DNA of 35,669 nucleotides from a virus (Duplodnaviria > Caudoviricetes), in IMG/VR virus record IMGVR_UViG_3300032290_000659, positions 1-35,669 of that record; one strand, written 5' to 3'. The notes under the pieces are model-generated. The model saw only the letters and a list, made by a program, of their open reading frames with translations, made no database searches and was not told the origin of the DNA. Below, in pieces: positions 15,718 through 24,592 of the stretch (the first letter of the stretch is position 1; the number at the start of each line of letters is the position of its first letter). Made by a program: the position numbers and the translations under genes.

Positions 15718-16049
15718 ACAAATGCAAGTTCTAGTGGATTTAGATTCAGAGGAATTGCGGTATAGTTCCGCGTATCCTTGATATTTACACAAGCACCGAT
15801 GGTCTTACTATTGACGGGGGAGAAGTATTCATTTGTTTTTTGTTTCCAAAAACCCCAGATGGTTCTGGTTGCGGCACCATTATTGTAATCAAACCTATGA
15901 TGGCAACGCAACCATATAGACACCACACCACGCTTGAACTCTTCAAACTCATAACTGTAACCTTCTGGTGGATAATGTGGAAAATCAACAATCGTAAAAT
16001 CTGTCTTTTGACATGTATTTGATTTGTTCTTGGAGACGCAAGATTTCAT
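15714..16049 (-). CDS. hypothetical protein (true start uncertain, probably near 15995)
   Basis: FPHYPPEGYSYE..TIWGF..SPVNSK..TRNYTA. Confidence 0.65.
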   Translation of the reverse strand: MKSCVSKNKSNTCQKTDFTIVDFPHYPPEGYSYEFEEFKRGVVSIWLRCHHRFDYNNGAATRTIWGFWKQKTNEYFSPVNSKTIGACVNIKDTRNYTAIPLNLNPLELAFV

Positions 16050-16146
16050 GTTGTTGCTCCGTAATTTGCTGTTGCAGAAAAGTAATGCGTTCTTGATACT
16101 GCTGTTTCAAATCGAACGCAAGACGATTGATTTCAGGATTACTCAT
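15985..16146 (-). CDS. coiled-coil peptide, 53 aa
   Basis: Manual read: MSNPEINRLAFDLKQQYQERITFLQQQITEQQHEILRLQEQI... Confidence 0.6.
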   Translation of the reverse strand: MSNPEINRLAFDLKQQYQERITFLQQQITEQQHEILRLQEQIKYMSKDRFYDC

Positions 16147-16388
16147 CAGGTGGTAAAAGATTCAACGACAGTGGATTCTACATTTTCAGCAAGAGCATAA
16201 GTTCTTGCGTTGAGGATGTTTTCTCTCAGATTGCTATAGAACTTCTCATAGAAATTACCCTCATCATCTGCAGTAATCAAATCAAAACATTCATCATCAT
16301 CTTCAGCGATTACATTCCAAATTCCACCATATTCGCTGGAAGGAAAAGGAATGTAGTGGTCAACGATATAAAGAAACTTTTGTGCCAT
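16146..16388 (-). CDS. hypothetical protein
   Basis: YIVDHYIPFPSSEYGG..VESFTT; start MAQKF. Confidence 0.7.
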   Translation of the reverse strand: MAQKFLYIVDHYIPFPSSEYGGIWNVIAEDDDECFDLITADDEGNFYEKFYSNLRENILNARTYALAENVESTVVESFTT

Positions 16389-16436
16389 TTGTGTTTGTAA
16401 ATTACCTCTCAAGTTTAGAATTGATTGTTGTCTTTG

Positions 16437-16574
16437 TCAATAGAATTCCGCAAGATAATAGTCAACAGGAATTTCTAAACGTGCTGCTTCTCGTTCAATT
16501 TCTGCCCAGAACTCGCGGGCAACTTTTTCACGTTCAGCTTTCATAATCAGTTCTCGAAGGCGTTTTGAAATCAT
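16437..16574 (-). CDS. hypothetical protein
   Basis: MISKRLRELI..EAARLEIPVDYYLAEF. Confidence 0.6.
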   Translation of the reverse strand: MISKRLRELIMKAEREKVAREFWAEIEREAARLEIPVDYYLAEFY

Positions 16575-16664
16575 TTGTTTTGTTCTCGTCCAGATAGTTG
16601 AAGTGTTTTGAGAATAGAACAGTAAAGCACCACCCAAATGCTGCTGAGATGAGAAGAAAGTAAA

Positions 16665-16829
16665 TCACCGAACATTTGTGGGTGGAGATTTCTGTAGATT
16701 CTCTACCGCTTTTGTATGATAATAAGAATCATAAAGTTGTTCATCTCGTTGAATTAGAAAGACATTCCACCCAAGAATAAATGCAAAGACGGTCAATCCG
16801 GAGATGACATACTTACGATTTCGGTTCAT
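16665..16829 (-). CDS. membrane peptide, 54 aa
   Basis: Manual read: MNRNRKYVISGLTVFAFILGWNVFLIQRD... Confidence 0.6.
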   Translation of the reverse strand: MNRNRKYVISGLTVFAFILGWNVFLIQRDEQLYDSYYHTKAVENLQKSPPTNVR

Positions 16830-17233
16830 TTGTTCATCTGAAGTGTAGGAACAGGCATACCACCCTCGGTAGGAACATAAATGGTCACATTACCATTCTT
16901 GCTACCATCTTCAATGCCCGTGATATACAGATACTGAAGATACTCACGATTATCTTTCAATGAATTACCAATGATTTGGTTTGCCTTGGCAACACCTTGA
17001 GCACGGATGATTTCAGCATCAGCAAGTTGTTGTGCAGAATCTTTCTTTGCTTGTGCTTCCAGAACTGCAACCTGACGAGTATATTCTGCTTTCTGCAGTT
17101 CTGCTTTACCTGCAAGAGATTGTTGCCATACGTTGTATTGAGGACCACCAATGAAGATGAGACCACCAACGACAACAGCACCAACTACAATCAGAGCAAC
17201 ACCAGAGTCAATAAATCCGTTTTGTTGTTTCAT
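16826..17233 (-). CDS. membrane protein resembling the SPFH/prohibitin C-terminal coiled coil
   Basis: N-terminal TM; AEIIRAQGVAKANQIIGNSL..YLQYLYI..IYVPTE. Confidence 0.65.
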   Translation of the reverse strand: MKQQNGFIDSGVALIVVGAVVVGGLIFIGGPQYNVWQQSLAGKAELQKAEYTRQVAVLEAQAKKDSAQQLADAEIIRAQGVAKANQIIGNSLKDNREYLQYLYITGIEDGSKNGNVTIYVPTEGGMPVPTLQMNK

Positions 17234-17421
17234 TTAGAAGATACTCCAGTATTTTTGAAAATAAGATTAGCAAGAAAGACCATAGCAAAAGTTTGCCAGA
17301 TCGTAAAATTAACACCAAACCAAGATAGAATCAAACCAAGCAACCACGCTTCAAAAAGAAGTCCAGCAACAACAAGGACAATTACACCAAAAGTAACACC
17401 AATAGCAGTAGTAGTTTTCAT
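17230..17421 (-). CDS. small two-TM membrane protein
   Basis: Hydrophobic 63 aa; ATGA overlap. Confidence 0.7.
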   Translation of the reverse strand: MKTTTAIGVTFGVIVLVVAGLLFEAWLLGLILSWFGVNFTIWQTFAMVFLANLIFKNTGVSSK

Positions 17422-17966
17422 CAGATTGCCTCAGTTACGATTTTAGCACCCTTGAACTTGGATCGGGCACTTTTGTTTTTTGTATCCACACCAGTTACCA
17501 CGGCAACTTGAGGAGTGCTGGAACCAGTGTAGAGTAGCACATCACCTTTGTTCAGAGCACCAGGAGTACCAACATAATGGGTTTCTTTACCACCCATAGA
17601 TGCACTGAAAGTATAAGGTACAACTTCTTCCAGGTCTTTCTTATCAAAGACATGAATTTTACCAGTACCTTTTTCTTCAATCAGATATTGGTTGCTACTG
17701 TTGGTGCCGATGTGAGTGCCATAGGCAACCTTACCATCAACAGTGAAAGAATAGAGAGTTTTAGTGTCAACAGTCATTTCAGTTTCCTCATCGTAAAGTT
17801 TTAGATCGGTTCCGTAAGCAGAGAATGTTTGTTTGTTATGAAGATATTTGCAAGAGTATTGCCCCCCTCCATAACTACCAGAATATGAATATGAGTTAGT
17901 AATCTTGGCAGGTTTCTTGCCGTATTGTTTGGTGACAATATCACCAATGTTAAATTGTTGTGTCAT
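17421..17966 (-). CDS. hypothetical protein (possibly SH3/KOW-like beta domains)
   Basis: 181 aa; FNIGDIV. Confidence 0.7.
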   Translation of the reverse strand: MTQQFNIGDIVTKQYGKKPAKITNSYSYSGSYGGGQYSCKYLHNKQTFSAYGTDLKLYDEETEMTVDTKTLYSFTVDGKVAYGTHIGTNSSNQYLIEEKGTGKIHVFDKKDLEEVVPYTFSASMGGKETHYVGTPGALNKGDVLLYTGSSTPQVAVVTGVDTKNKSARSKFKGAKIVTEAI

Positions 17967-17978
17967 AATTAAAAAAGA

Positions 17979-18401
17979 TCAAACAGCAAGAGCACCAGAG
18001 GGGATTTCAACGATTTCGGGCATTTTGCTGCCGAACTCATTACGATTATAGCACACCCACTCACCATTTAGAGTGTAGAGATATGCGTACTCTTCACCTT
18101 CTGCAAGGTAATCGTACTTATTTGCATCAAGGCGAGGAGGACACTCACCATCATTTTCTCTCACAAAATACTGGGGACCATATTCTTCAACTTCAATCGA
18201 AGAACCTTCAAAAGTCCAACGATTCTTAGTCCAACAGGAGGACATATCTCCACCATCAATCAATTCAGCGGCAAGTTCTTTGCTATTGTAGTGAGTGGTG
18301 AGAATACGACCCAACCATTCAGGATAACCATCTGAGTGATGATACACAGAGAGCACAGATTCGTCAGAGAGTTGAATACCGATGCGACTTCTTGTTGCCA
18401 T
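17979..18401 (-). CDS. conserved phage hypothetical protein
   Basis: MATRSRIG..SVYHHSDGYPEWLG..HY..LIDGGDMS..EEYAY; element at 18496. Confidence 0.75.
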   Translation of the reverse strand: MATRSRIGIQLSDESVLSVYHHSDGYPEWLGRILTTHYNSKELAAELIDGGDMSSCWTKNRWTFEGSSIEVEEYGPQYFVRENDGECPPRLDANKYDYLAEGEEYAYLYTLNGEWVCYNRNEFGSKMPEIVEIPSGALAV

Positions 18402-18514
18402 GAGTTTACTTGAAAGTGGTTTGTGATGTCTTGAGGCAACCTCTGTGCCTCATGAACTTAAGATACTGCATCCAGAGGGCAGGTGGAAGGTGTAGTGTGC
18501 CACTTCCTCAACTG

Positions 18515-19174
18515 TCACCTGAGTTCATAAACATAGATGTGCTTTCCTGGTGTCTCTATCCACTGTGCTTCTCCAGATTTAAGTGCATCAAGTAATCTTA
18601 CCGCAGATTGGGCAAGAACTCTTTCTCCAGTCTCATTTAGTATTTTTTTATTGATGTCTCTTACACACTTATCATGATATTTCTTACCATTAAACATAAT
18701 AACTTTTCCTGGAGCAGTCATTCCTCGATGTTCAAAATTAGATGCTTTGTAAATAACACCTTCATGACCATGAAAAGGATCTGCATATGATACGATTCTT
18801 TTAATATCAGTATTCTTCTTCAACCATCGAATTGTTTTTCCGATGAAGTAAGATTCAGTATTTCTAGGAGTTTTGTCAATGCAACAAAGTCTTCTGAGTT
18901 CAATAACATCATCTGGATTATCTGCATATCTTTTCCAAGCATTTACCATCGCAAGGTGTCCGTACACCATTGCTCCGATAATATCACTTTCATACATCAA
19001 TTTGAACACATGCCTCTGAATCAGAGCAGCAGTAGATTTAGAGTAGTGCCAGTGCTCTAAGAATTGTTTTACATCTAAAAGAGTTGTTTCTTCTACTCTA
19101 AACTGTTTTACTGGAACATCAGAAAGATCAACTTCTGTGGATAAAAACTGCTCTAATAGTGGATTAACTGGCAT
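18515..19174 (-). CDS. mom: Mom-family (GNAT-fold) DNA adenine modification enzyme
   Basis: HWHYS, IIGAMVYG, IELRRL, PRNTESYFI, IVSYADPFHGHEGVIYKASNF. Confidence 0.75.
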   Translation of the reverse strand: MPVNPLLEQFLSTEVDLSDVPVKQFRVEETTLLDVKQFLEHWHYSKSTAALIQRHVFKLMYESDIIGAMVYGHLAMVNAWKRYADNPDDVIELRRLCCIDKTPRNTESYFIGKTIRWLKKNTDIKRIVSYADPFHGHEGVIYKASNFEHRGMTAPGKVIMFNGKKYHDKCVRDINKKILNETGERVLAQSAVRLLDALKSGEAQWIETPGKHIYVYELR

Positions 19175-20126
19175 ACTGAAATATGGATGAGTTGATAAGA
19201 TACGATTGAACTTTTACATTGATTGTTTGATTATAAGACAAATTTTTTGCAAGTGCAATGACTTTCGGATTGTGAAGAATATCAAAATAAGAATCTCTTT
19301 CTTCTTGACTGTCAAACAAATAACAATCCGATCCGCTGCTTACATTTGTATTTTCCAATTTCTCTGCTCTCAGTTTAGGAATGTTAGAGTACACGACTAA
19401 ACCATATTTACCTTCTTTTTTAGCATTGTCTTTGACTGCTTGGATTTTTTCTGCAACCTTAGAACCAGAGAATGTTATCCTCTTATACTCACTTTGTTTT
19501 TTACAATTAAAAACATAATTGTAAGCACCTTCATTATAGTGATGAAGAATTGTATCCTGATGGACATCTACTTCGACAATTTCTCCAGTAGAATACTCTA
19601 CAAATGTATTTTTATGTTTTTTATTCTTAGTGACTTCAACAAAACAATAATTATTATCAATCTTAATTTTTTCTACTTGAAACCAGTCGTAATCTTTATC
19701 TTGAAGTTGAAGAATAAGTGGAAGAGGAAACTTACCTTTAAGAGTACCACCATCCTTTAGAACTTGAGAAATAACATGCCTAAACCATTGAGTGAATGTA
19801 TTAACTTTCTTTCCTTGATATGGAACTTCTTTGTCAAGATCCATTAAAGCAGTATCATATTTTTTTCCGAACTCAAATTTTTTGATTGATTTCAAAAAAC
19901 CATAATCTTCTTTTCCACAAACAAAATAGTCATGGTTACCAAGTCCATAAAGAAGAGAAAGAGTAAGAAGATGTGGTGATGCAACTATTACCGTTTCTCC
20001 TGATGGATGAAGATTATTGTAAAAATCAGAAGACCTAATTGTATTTTTAATAAATGCAATTTTTTCGCATAGCACTTTATATTGTGCTTGCTTTTCCTGA
20101 TTGAGTTTCATGATTGTTGGTTGCAT
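19164..20126 (-). CDS. degenerate, likely inactive N6-adenine methyltransferase-like protein (Eco57I/gamma-class layout)
   Basis: KYDTALMD..EVPYQ in place of KFDxIxGNPPYQ; VLKDGGTL..FP; YLFDSQEE..ILHNPK C-terminal pattern; no SAM-binding GxG motif seen. Confidence 0.5.
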   Translation of the reverse strand: MQPTIMKLNQEKQAQYKVLCEKIAFIKNTIRSSDFYNNLHPSGETVIVASPHLLTLSLLYGLGNHDYFVCGKEDYGFLKSIKKFEFGKKYDTALMDLDKEVPYQGKKVNTFTQWFRHVISQVLKDGGTLKGKFPLPLILQLQDKDYDWFQVEKIKIDNNYCFVEVTKNKKHKNTFVEYSTGEIVEVDVHQDTILHHYNEGAYNYVFNCKKQSEYKRITFSGSKVAEKIQAVKDNAKKEGKYGLVVYSNIPKLRAEKLENTNVSSGSDCYLFDSQEERDSYFDILHNPKVIALAKNLSYNQTINVKVQSYLINSSIFQYAS

Positions 20127-20132
20127 GTGAGT

Positions 20133-20190
20133 ACAATATCAAAGAATGAAGAAAAAATCTGAAAGATGTGCCAGTTTTTATGCTGGCATA
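20133..20190 (-). promoter_or_regulatory. Early-promoter cassette for the pseudo-MTase and mom genes
   Basis: TGTGCCA-N10-TGGCATA at 20167-20190; TATTGT at 20133-20138. Confidence 0.65.
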
Positions 20191-21581
20191 AGGTCAAGCA
20201 TAAGTTCCTCTACACTTTTACTTCTATAATCTTCAAGAAGATTTTCATGAATCCATTCCATTTCAATATCTTTAGCAGTTTTTCTGAATTGTTCTTGAAT
20301 ATCTTCGATCACTTCTTCGGATTCACCTCGACCTGTAACTTCTGTGAAAATAGAGTCAAGAGGCACACCATGTTGAAGGAGAGAGATGATGATTTGCTTG
20401 GTCAAATCAGAAACTTCTGAAGTGTCATCTTCATGCTCTACAATGCTTACAACTCCATACTTTTTCCACTCACCCGCTGCACGAATACAACGACCGATAG
20501 TTTGGGTAATGAAGATGTCATTGAGACTAGAACGCATGAAACAGACGCCAGTAAATCCTTTCACATCAATACCTTCGGCAATCATTTCATAATGAAGAAC
20601 AAGAAGTTTAGCATTATGATCTGATCCATATTCTTTAAGTTTAGGCATAAACTTTTCTTTGGTCATCATTTTGCCATCAATATATCCACCATTTTGTGAA
20701 TCAATTGAAAGAACATGATAACCCTTCTCAGATGCCCAATCCTGGAACTTCGTCTTATATAAAAGATCCTTGATATTCTTGGTGCCCTTCATGCAATAAA
20801 GAATTTTATGTGCATGAGTATGTGTATGAGTTTTTTCGTAATAGTCTACGTTCTCTACAATAGTTTGAAAGTCAATTTGCTCAGGATGAGAGTTCTTAAT
20901 ACAAGCATCAGATTTTTGACGATGCAAAAACGGTTCAACAATGTAACCTTTTTCAACAAGATAATTAAAAGGTACACTTGCAATAATTTCTCCATAGACA
21001 GATACATTATTCATACCAGGTCCATTAGAAGATCCAGATGAAGTGTATCTAGGAGTTGCAGTAAAGAAAAAGCAATTTGAAGATTTTTTGCTTGTATCTT
21101 TTACTGCATCAAAATAATTACCTTTAACTGCATTGTGAGATTCATCAAAATATGCAACAGTAATTGGAATTCCTGAAGAAATTACCTTATCAAGACTATC
21201 ATACGTTGAAAAAAGAATCAAAGGAAGATTATTTTCTTTTGCAATCTCATAAGTTTCATAAATTTGTTGTGGAATTGTTGTAGGAAGTTCAGGTTGAATT
21301 TTTACTTTTTTACGAACACGATGAATAATAGATGATTGAGAACTTACTTCACGATGAGCAAAATCATAGTCGTAAAGGTAAGTATCAAACTCAATAAAAA
21401 GTTGTTGTCCAAGCATGAGACGAGGAGAGACAACAAGAATTACATTTCCTGGAAGAAGAAATCTTTTTGTATCTTCTGCCATACAAATGGTTTTTCCAGA
21501 ACCAGTAGGTGATACAATGATACCTTTATTAGTCAGCATCATTTTAGATTTAATTTCTTCTTGATGTTCACGCAGTTTCAT
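20178..21581 (-). CDS. SF2 helicase/ATPase, restriction-enzyme (ResIII/Type ISP) type
   Basis: SPTGSGKT, FDESH, FTATP, AEGIDV, QTIGRCIR. Confidence 0.9.
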   Translation of the reverse strand: MKLREHQEEIKSKMMLTNKGIIVSPTGSGKTICMAEDTKRFLLPGNVILVVSPRLMLGQQLFIEFDTYLYDYDFAHREVSSQSSIIHRVRKKVKIQPELPTTIPQQIYETYEIAKENNLPLILFSTYDSLDKVISSGIPITVAYFDESHNAVKGNYFDAVKDTSKKSSNCFFFTATPRYTSSGSSNGPGMNNVSVYGEIIASVPFNYLVEKGYIVEPFLHRQKSDACIKNSHPEQIDFQTIVENVDYYEKTHTHTHAHKILYCMKGTKNIKDLLYKTKFQDWASEKGYHVLSIDSQNGGYIDGKMMTKEKFMPKLKEYGSDHNAKLLVLHYEMIAEGIDVKGFTGVCFMRSSLNDIFITQTIGRCIRAAGEWKKYGVVSIVEHEDDTSEVSDLTKQIIISLLQHGVPLDSIFTEVTGRGESEEVIEDIQEQFRKTAKDIEMEWIHENLLEDYRSKSVEELMLDLMPA

Positions 21582-22144
21582 TTCAGATTCTCCTTTACAG
21601 TGTTACGAAAAATAGTCCAAAAAGCAACATTACCATTTACTCGCCTAGAAATAAGTTTTCTATTCAAGCAAAGTGCTTGATCTGCATAAGCATGTGAACG
21701 GTGAATACCAGCAGCAGAGGTAAAACAAATAAGGTTTTTTCCATTGGGTCTCCAACCCTCATTCAAACTCGCTGTTGCATGGTTTCCAAGATTATGTTCG
21801 TTTGTGAGATACTTATCAGGATCTGCAACAAACTTACATTGAACAGTAGCAAGACTGCCATCTAATGTGGATTTGCCAAATCCATCAATACCATTATCAA
21901 TACCTAGATTTGGTTCATATTCCCAAAGATAGGTAAAAGTGTGATCTCCATTATGAAACTTGAGAAAAAACTCAGCAAAAAATTCCCAACCATCACCCAT
22001 ATATTGAAGTGGATTGTAACAGTCGGGGTTTTGCTTAGATGCCTGTTTAATCAAACGATTGATGAAAACAGACAGTTTGTTTGTCTCAAGAAGGAAATCA
22101 ATATCCTCACAGTTGTGGAGGAAATGATGCTTCAGTTGATACAT
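21578..22144 (-). CDS. Mrr-like PD-(D/E)xK endonuclease
   Basis: GDGWE..DNGIDG..VQCK (D-QxK); ATGA overlap with the helicase; element at 22202. Confidence 0.75.
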   Translation of the reverse strand: MYQLKHHFLHNCEDIDFLLETNKLSVFINRLIKQASKQNPDCYNPLQYMGDGWEFFAEFFLKFHNGDHTFTYLWEYEPNLGIDNGIDGFGKSTLDGSLATVQCKFVADPDKYLTNEHNLGNHATASLNEGWRPNGKNLICFTSAAGIHRSHAYADQALCLNRKLISRRVNGNVAFWTIFRNTVKENLK

Positions 22145-22189
22145 TGTGTTTTGTTTAGAACATAGTAATCATAGCATAGAGTAGGTTCA

Positions 22190-22426
22190 TCAGACAAACA
22201 CTGTGCCACTTTGAGGAGTGGTCCGGTGTTGTCTGATGAACTTCTGTGCTTGGAGAACTGTGCTTACATCAGTGAGTTGTTCTCCGTTATAAATGATTAC
22301 TAATCGTTTTCCCCAAGGAACTGCGGCGTAACCATCTTTTGTTTCAAATCCATCAGAAACTTTCGACGTAGGCGTAGTCGAACTTTTCTGCTTCTGCGAA
22401 GTAGTTTGTTTCGTATTTTTTGGCAT
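22190..22426 (-). CDS. hypothetical protein
   Basis: GFETKDGYAAVPW..IIYNGEQ; overlaps the end of the upstream nuclease; start uncertain. Confidence 0.55.
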   Translation of the reverse strand: MPKNTKQTTSQKQKSSTTPTSKVSDGFETKDGYAAVPWGKRLVIIYNGEQLTDVSTVLQAQKFIRQHRTTPQSGTVFV

Positions 22427-22865
22427 AACCATCAAGGAAAAAGTATTCTGGGTGAGGATCACAGTGTCCAGTCAGAACTGTGCCATTGAACTTGATATTA
22501 TAAATCAAACTGGAAGGAACACAACATGCTTTTCCAAATTTGATGTCAGTAAAAATAAAAAAATCTGCAAGTTTTTCATTGACAAAATCCTTTGATCGAC
22601 TATTCTTTAGGATTACATTACGCACCGCCGCTTGCGAAACATTCTTAAACTGAGTTACTTTAGATTCGTATGTAAATTTATCTTTACTAATCAAATCCAC
22701 GCCTGGAAGATTGACACGCTTTAGTTGCCCTTTACTGTATACATCATAGGCAATTTCTACAAGTTCTCCTGCTTTTGGAAAGCGAAGATTATTGGATGTA
22801 TATTCTTTAAGACTATACAGAAGTTTGGAGAGACGATTCAGTTCAAAAGTGTTGAAGTCAATCAT
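22353..22865 (-). CDS. PD-(D/E)xK endonuclease-like protein
   Basis: GELVE..PGVDLI..YESK. Confidence 0.65.
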   Translation of the reverse strand: MIDFNTFELNRLSKLLYSLKEYTSNNLRFPKAGELVEIAYDVYSKGQLKRVNLPGVDLISKDKFTYESKVTQFKNVSQAAVRNVILKNSRSKDFVNEKLADFFIFTDIKFGKACCVPSSLIYNIKFNGTVLTGHCDPHPEYFFLDGYAKKYETNYFAEAEKFDYAYVESF

Positions 22866-22876
22866 GATGTAGTAAT

Positions 22877-24097
22877 TCAGCGTTTGATGGTTGAAATAGC
22901 AGGTAAACCCTTACAAAACACAATGTCAACCACGTTTTGGATTTTCTTGGCGGTGCTAATGCCAACAGAGTTAAAGGTTGGAATGATCACAAGACCATAT
23001 GACTTATGATAGTCCTCAAGTTTGCCAGGTGTCAAGTCTCCAGAGCGAAGACGTGCGGCATCTTTATGATGCAATCGCACCACCCGACCAATAGTTTGAC
23101 AGATACCAATGGCATCCATAGATCGCATAAAGATTACTGCCTCAAGTCCAGAAACATTGATACCCTCAGATAGAATAGAATAATGAAGTAAGACAAACTT
23201 CTTAGAGTCATCAACACTCCATTCGTGAAGAGTGTCAAAGAACTCTTCACGATTTACTTTTTTGCCATCAACAATCGCACCAGTCTTGGAAGTAATGACC
23301 ATCCAAGAATATCCACGATCTTCTAGTTCTTTACAGAAATCAGTCTGTGAGATTAGATTAGTAATTTGTTTAGTTGCCTTGGCACAAATTAGAATCTTAG
23401 ATACTTCTGCCTCATCAATACTTTCTATGAGATGATTGCAATCACGTTCAAACACATTAGTGCTTGACAAAGAAACTTGTTTAGCAACAATCTTTGGCGG
23501 AATAATGTAACCTTCATTTACCATTCTTGGTGCAGAAACATTTGCAATGATATTACCATAAACCTGAACATTGTTCATTCCAGGTTTTTTAGGAGTTGAA
23601 GAATACTTAGGAGTTGCAGTATAGAAATAGCAGCGATCTGCATGTTGACTGAAGTATTCAACGGCAGGATAAAAGTTCTTTTGCACAGAATTATGTGCCT
23701 CATCAAAATGAATCGTATCCACCTTAATATCAGACTCCATCACTCGATGAAGAGAATGATACGTCGTGAAAATGAGTTTATGAGTTTTTGTATGAAACCA
23801 CCATTTGAACAAAACATCAGGTTTTGTTGAAGAATGATGATGCGTATCACCAGAATGAACATGAAAAACTGAAGCATTATCAATATGCTCCAGATATTCG
23901 GAAGACAGTTGATTCGCAAGCAACAATCGTGGAGCAACAATTACAACAGTTTGAGGAGTATCAGACTCAAACTGTCGAATTGTATCTGCAACTCCTACAA
24001 GAGTCTTACCTGCACCTGTAGTTGCACAAACGATTCCTTTATCGTATTGTTCTAGTGCAACACAAGATTCTTTTTGATGAGTGCGAAGAGGAAGCAT
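22877..24097 (-). CDS. SF2 helicase/ATPase (ResIII-like), paralog of 20178-21581
   Basis: ATTGAGKT, FDEAH, YTATP, SEGINV, QTIGRVVR. Confidence 0.9.
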   Translation of the reverse strand: MLPLRTHQKESCVALEQYDKGIVCATTGAGKTLVGVADTIRQFESDTPQTVVIVAPRLLLANQLSSEYLEHIDNASVFHVHSGDTHHHSSTKPDVLFKWWFHTKTHKLIFTTYHSLHRVMESDIKVDTIHFDEAHNSVQKNFYPAVEYFSQHADRCYFYTATPKYSSTPKKPGMNNVQVYGNIIANVSAPRMVNEGYIIPPKIVAKQVSLSSTNVFERDCNHLIESIDEAEVSKILICAKATKQITNLISQTDFCKELEDRGYSWMVITSKTGAIVDGKKVNREEFFDTLHEWSVDDSKKFVLLHYSILSEGINVSGLEAVIFMRSMDAIGICQTIGRVVRLHHKDAARLRSGDLTPGKLEDYHKSYGLVIIPTFNSVGISTAKKIQNVVDIVFCKGLPAISTIKR

Positions 24098-24118
24098 GAA
24101 ACGAAGGTCAATGAAGTA

Positions 24119-24180
24119 ATAATATCAAAAAAAAAAAATGGTCTTGAGAAAGACCAGGTGCCAGTTATTCGAGTGTCACA
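24119..24180 (-). promoter_or_regulatory. Terminator/early-promoter cassette with an A12 tract
   Basis: Element at 24157-24180; TGGTCT..AGACCA hairpin; A12 at 24127-24138; TATTAT at 24119-24124. Confidence 0.7.
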
Positions 24181-24318
24181 TTAACCCTTTTTGTACTTTT
24201 CTAGTATAAGATTTGAAATATAATCTTCAGGACTTTTTGCCTTTCTATCTTTATCGGCAAGTTCCTTGATCATTTTGTGAAGATCTTCAGAAATTTCTAA
24301 TTTTACTGTTTTTGCCAT
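24181..24318 (-). CDS. ribbon-helix-helix-like small DNA-binding protein
   Basis: MAKTVKLEISEDLHKMIKELA..SPEDYISNLI; ATAAATA upstream. Confidence 0.55.
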   Translation of the reverse strand: MAKTVKLEISEDLHKMIKELADKDRKAKSPEDYISNLILEKYKKG

Positions 24319-24337
24319 TTGTTTTTTTAGATATTTA

Positions 24338-24502
24338 TCAACCACCTCTTTCTTTAAGACTACGAACAAGGTACTCCGTAAATTGTTCCATTTTCTCAGG
24401 AACTACCGACTGTGGAAGTTGGTTAATTGCATTTTTAAGTGCTACCATTTCTTCAAATTCTGCATCAGTCAATTTATGTTGGTTTACTGACGAAAGAGTC
24501 AT
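24338..24502 (-). CDS. hypothetical protein, 54 aa
   Basis: Manual read: MTLSSVKPHKLTDAEFEEMVALKNAINQLPQSVVPEKMEQFTEYLVRSL... Confidence 0.65.
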   Translation of the reverse strand: MTLSSVNQHKLTDAEFEEMVALKNAINQLPQSVVPEKMEQFTEYLVRSLKERGG

Positions 24503-24592
24503 TCTTTTGCTCCCGAATATGAGGAAATCATAACACTATTTAATTGAGAAATAGGATTCCTTAATAATGTCTTTAGAGTGCTGTTACAAAAC

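Noticed and set aside
19164-20126. Active DNA methyltransferase call
   Set aside because: Neither the (N/D/S)PP(Y/F/W) catalytic motif nor a SAM-binding glycine loop is present.
22464-22487. Extra copy of the promoter element inside the nuclease gene
   Set aside because: The arms are degenerate and I found no -10 box at the 28-30 nt spacing.
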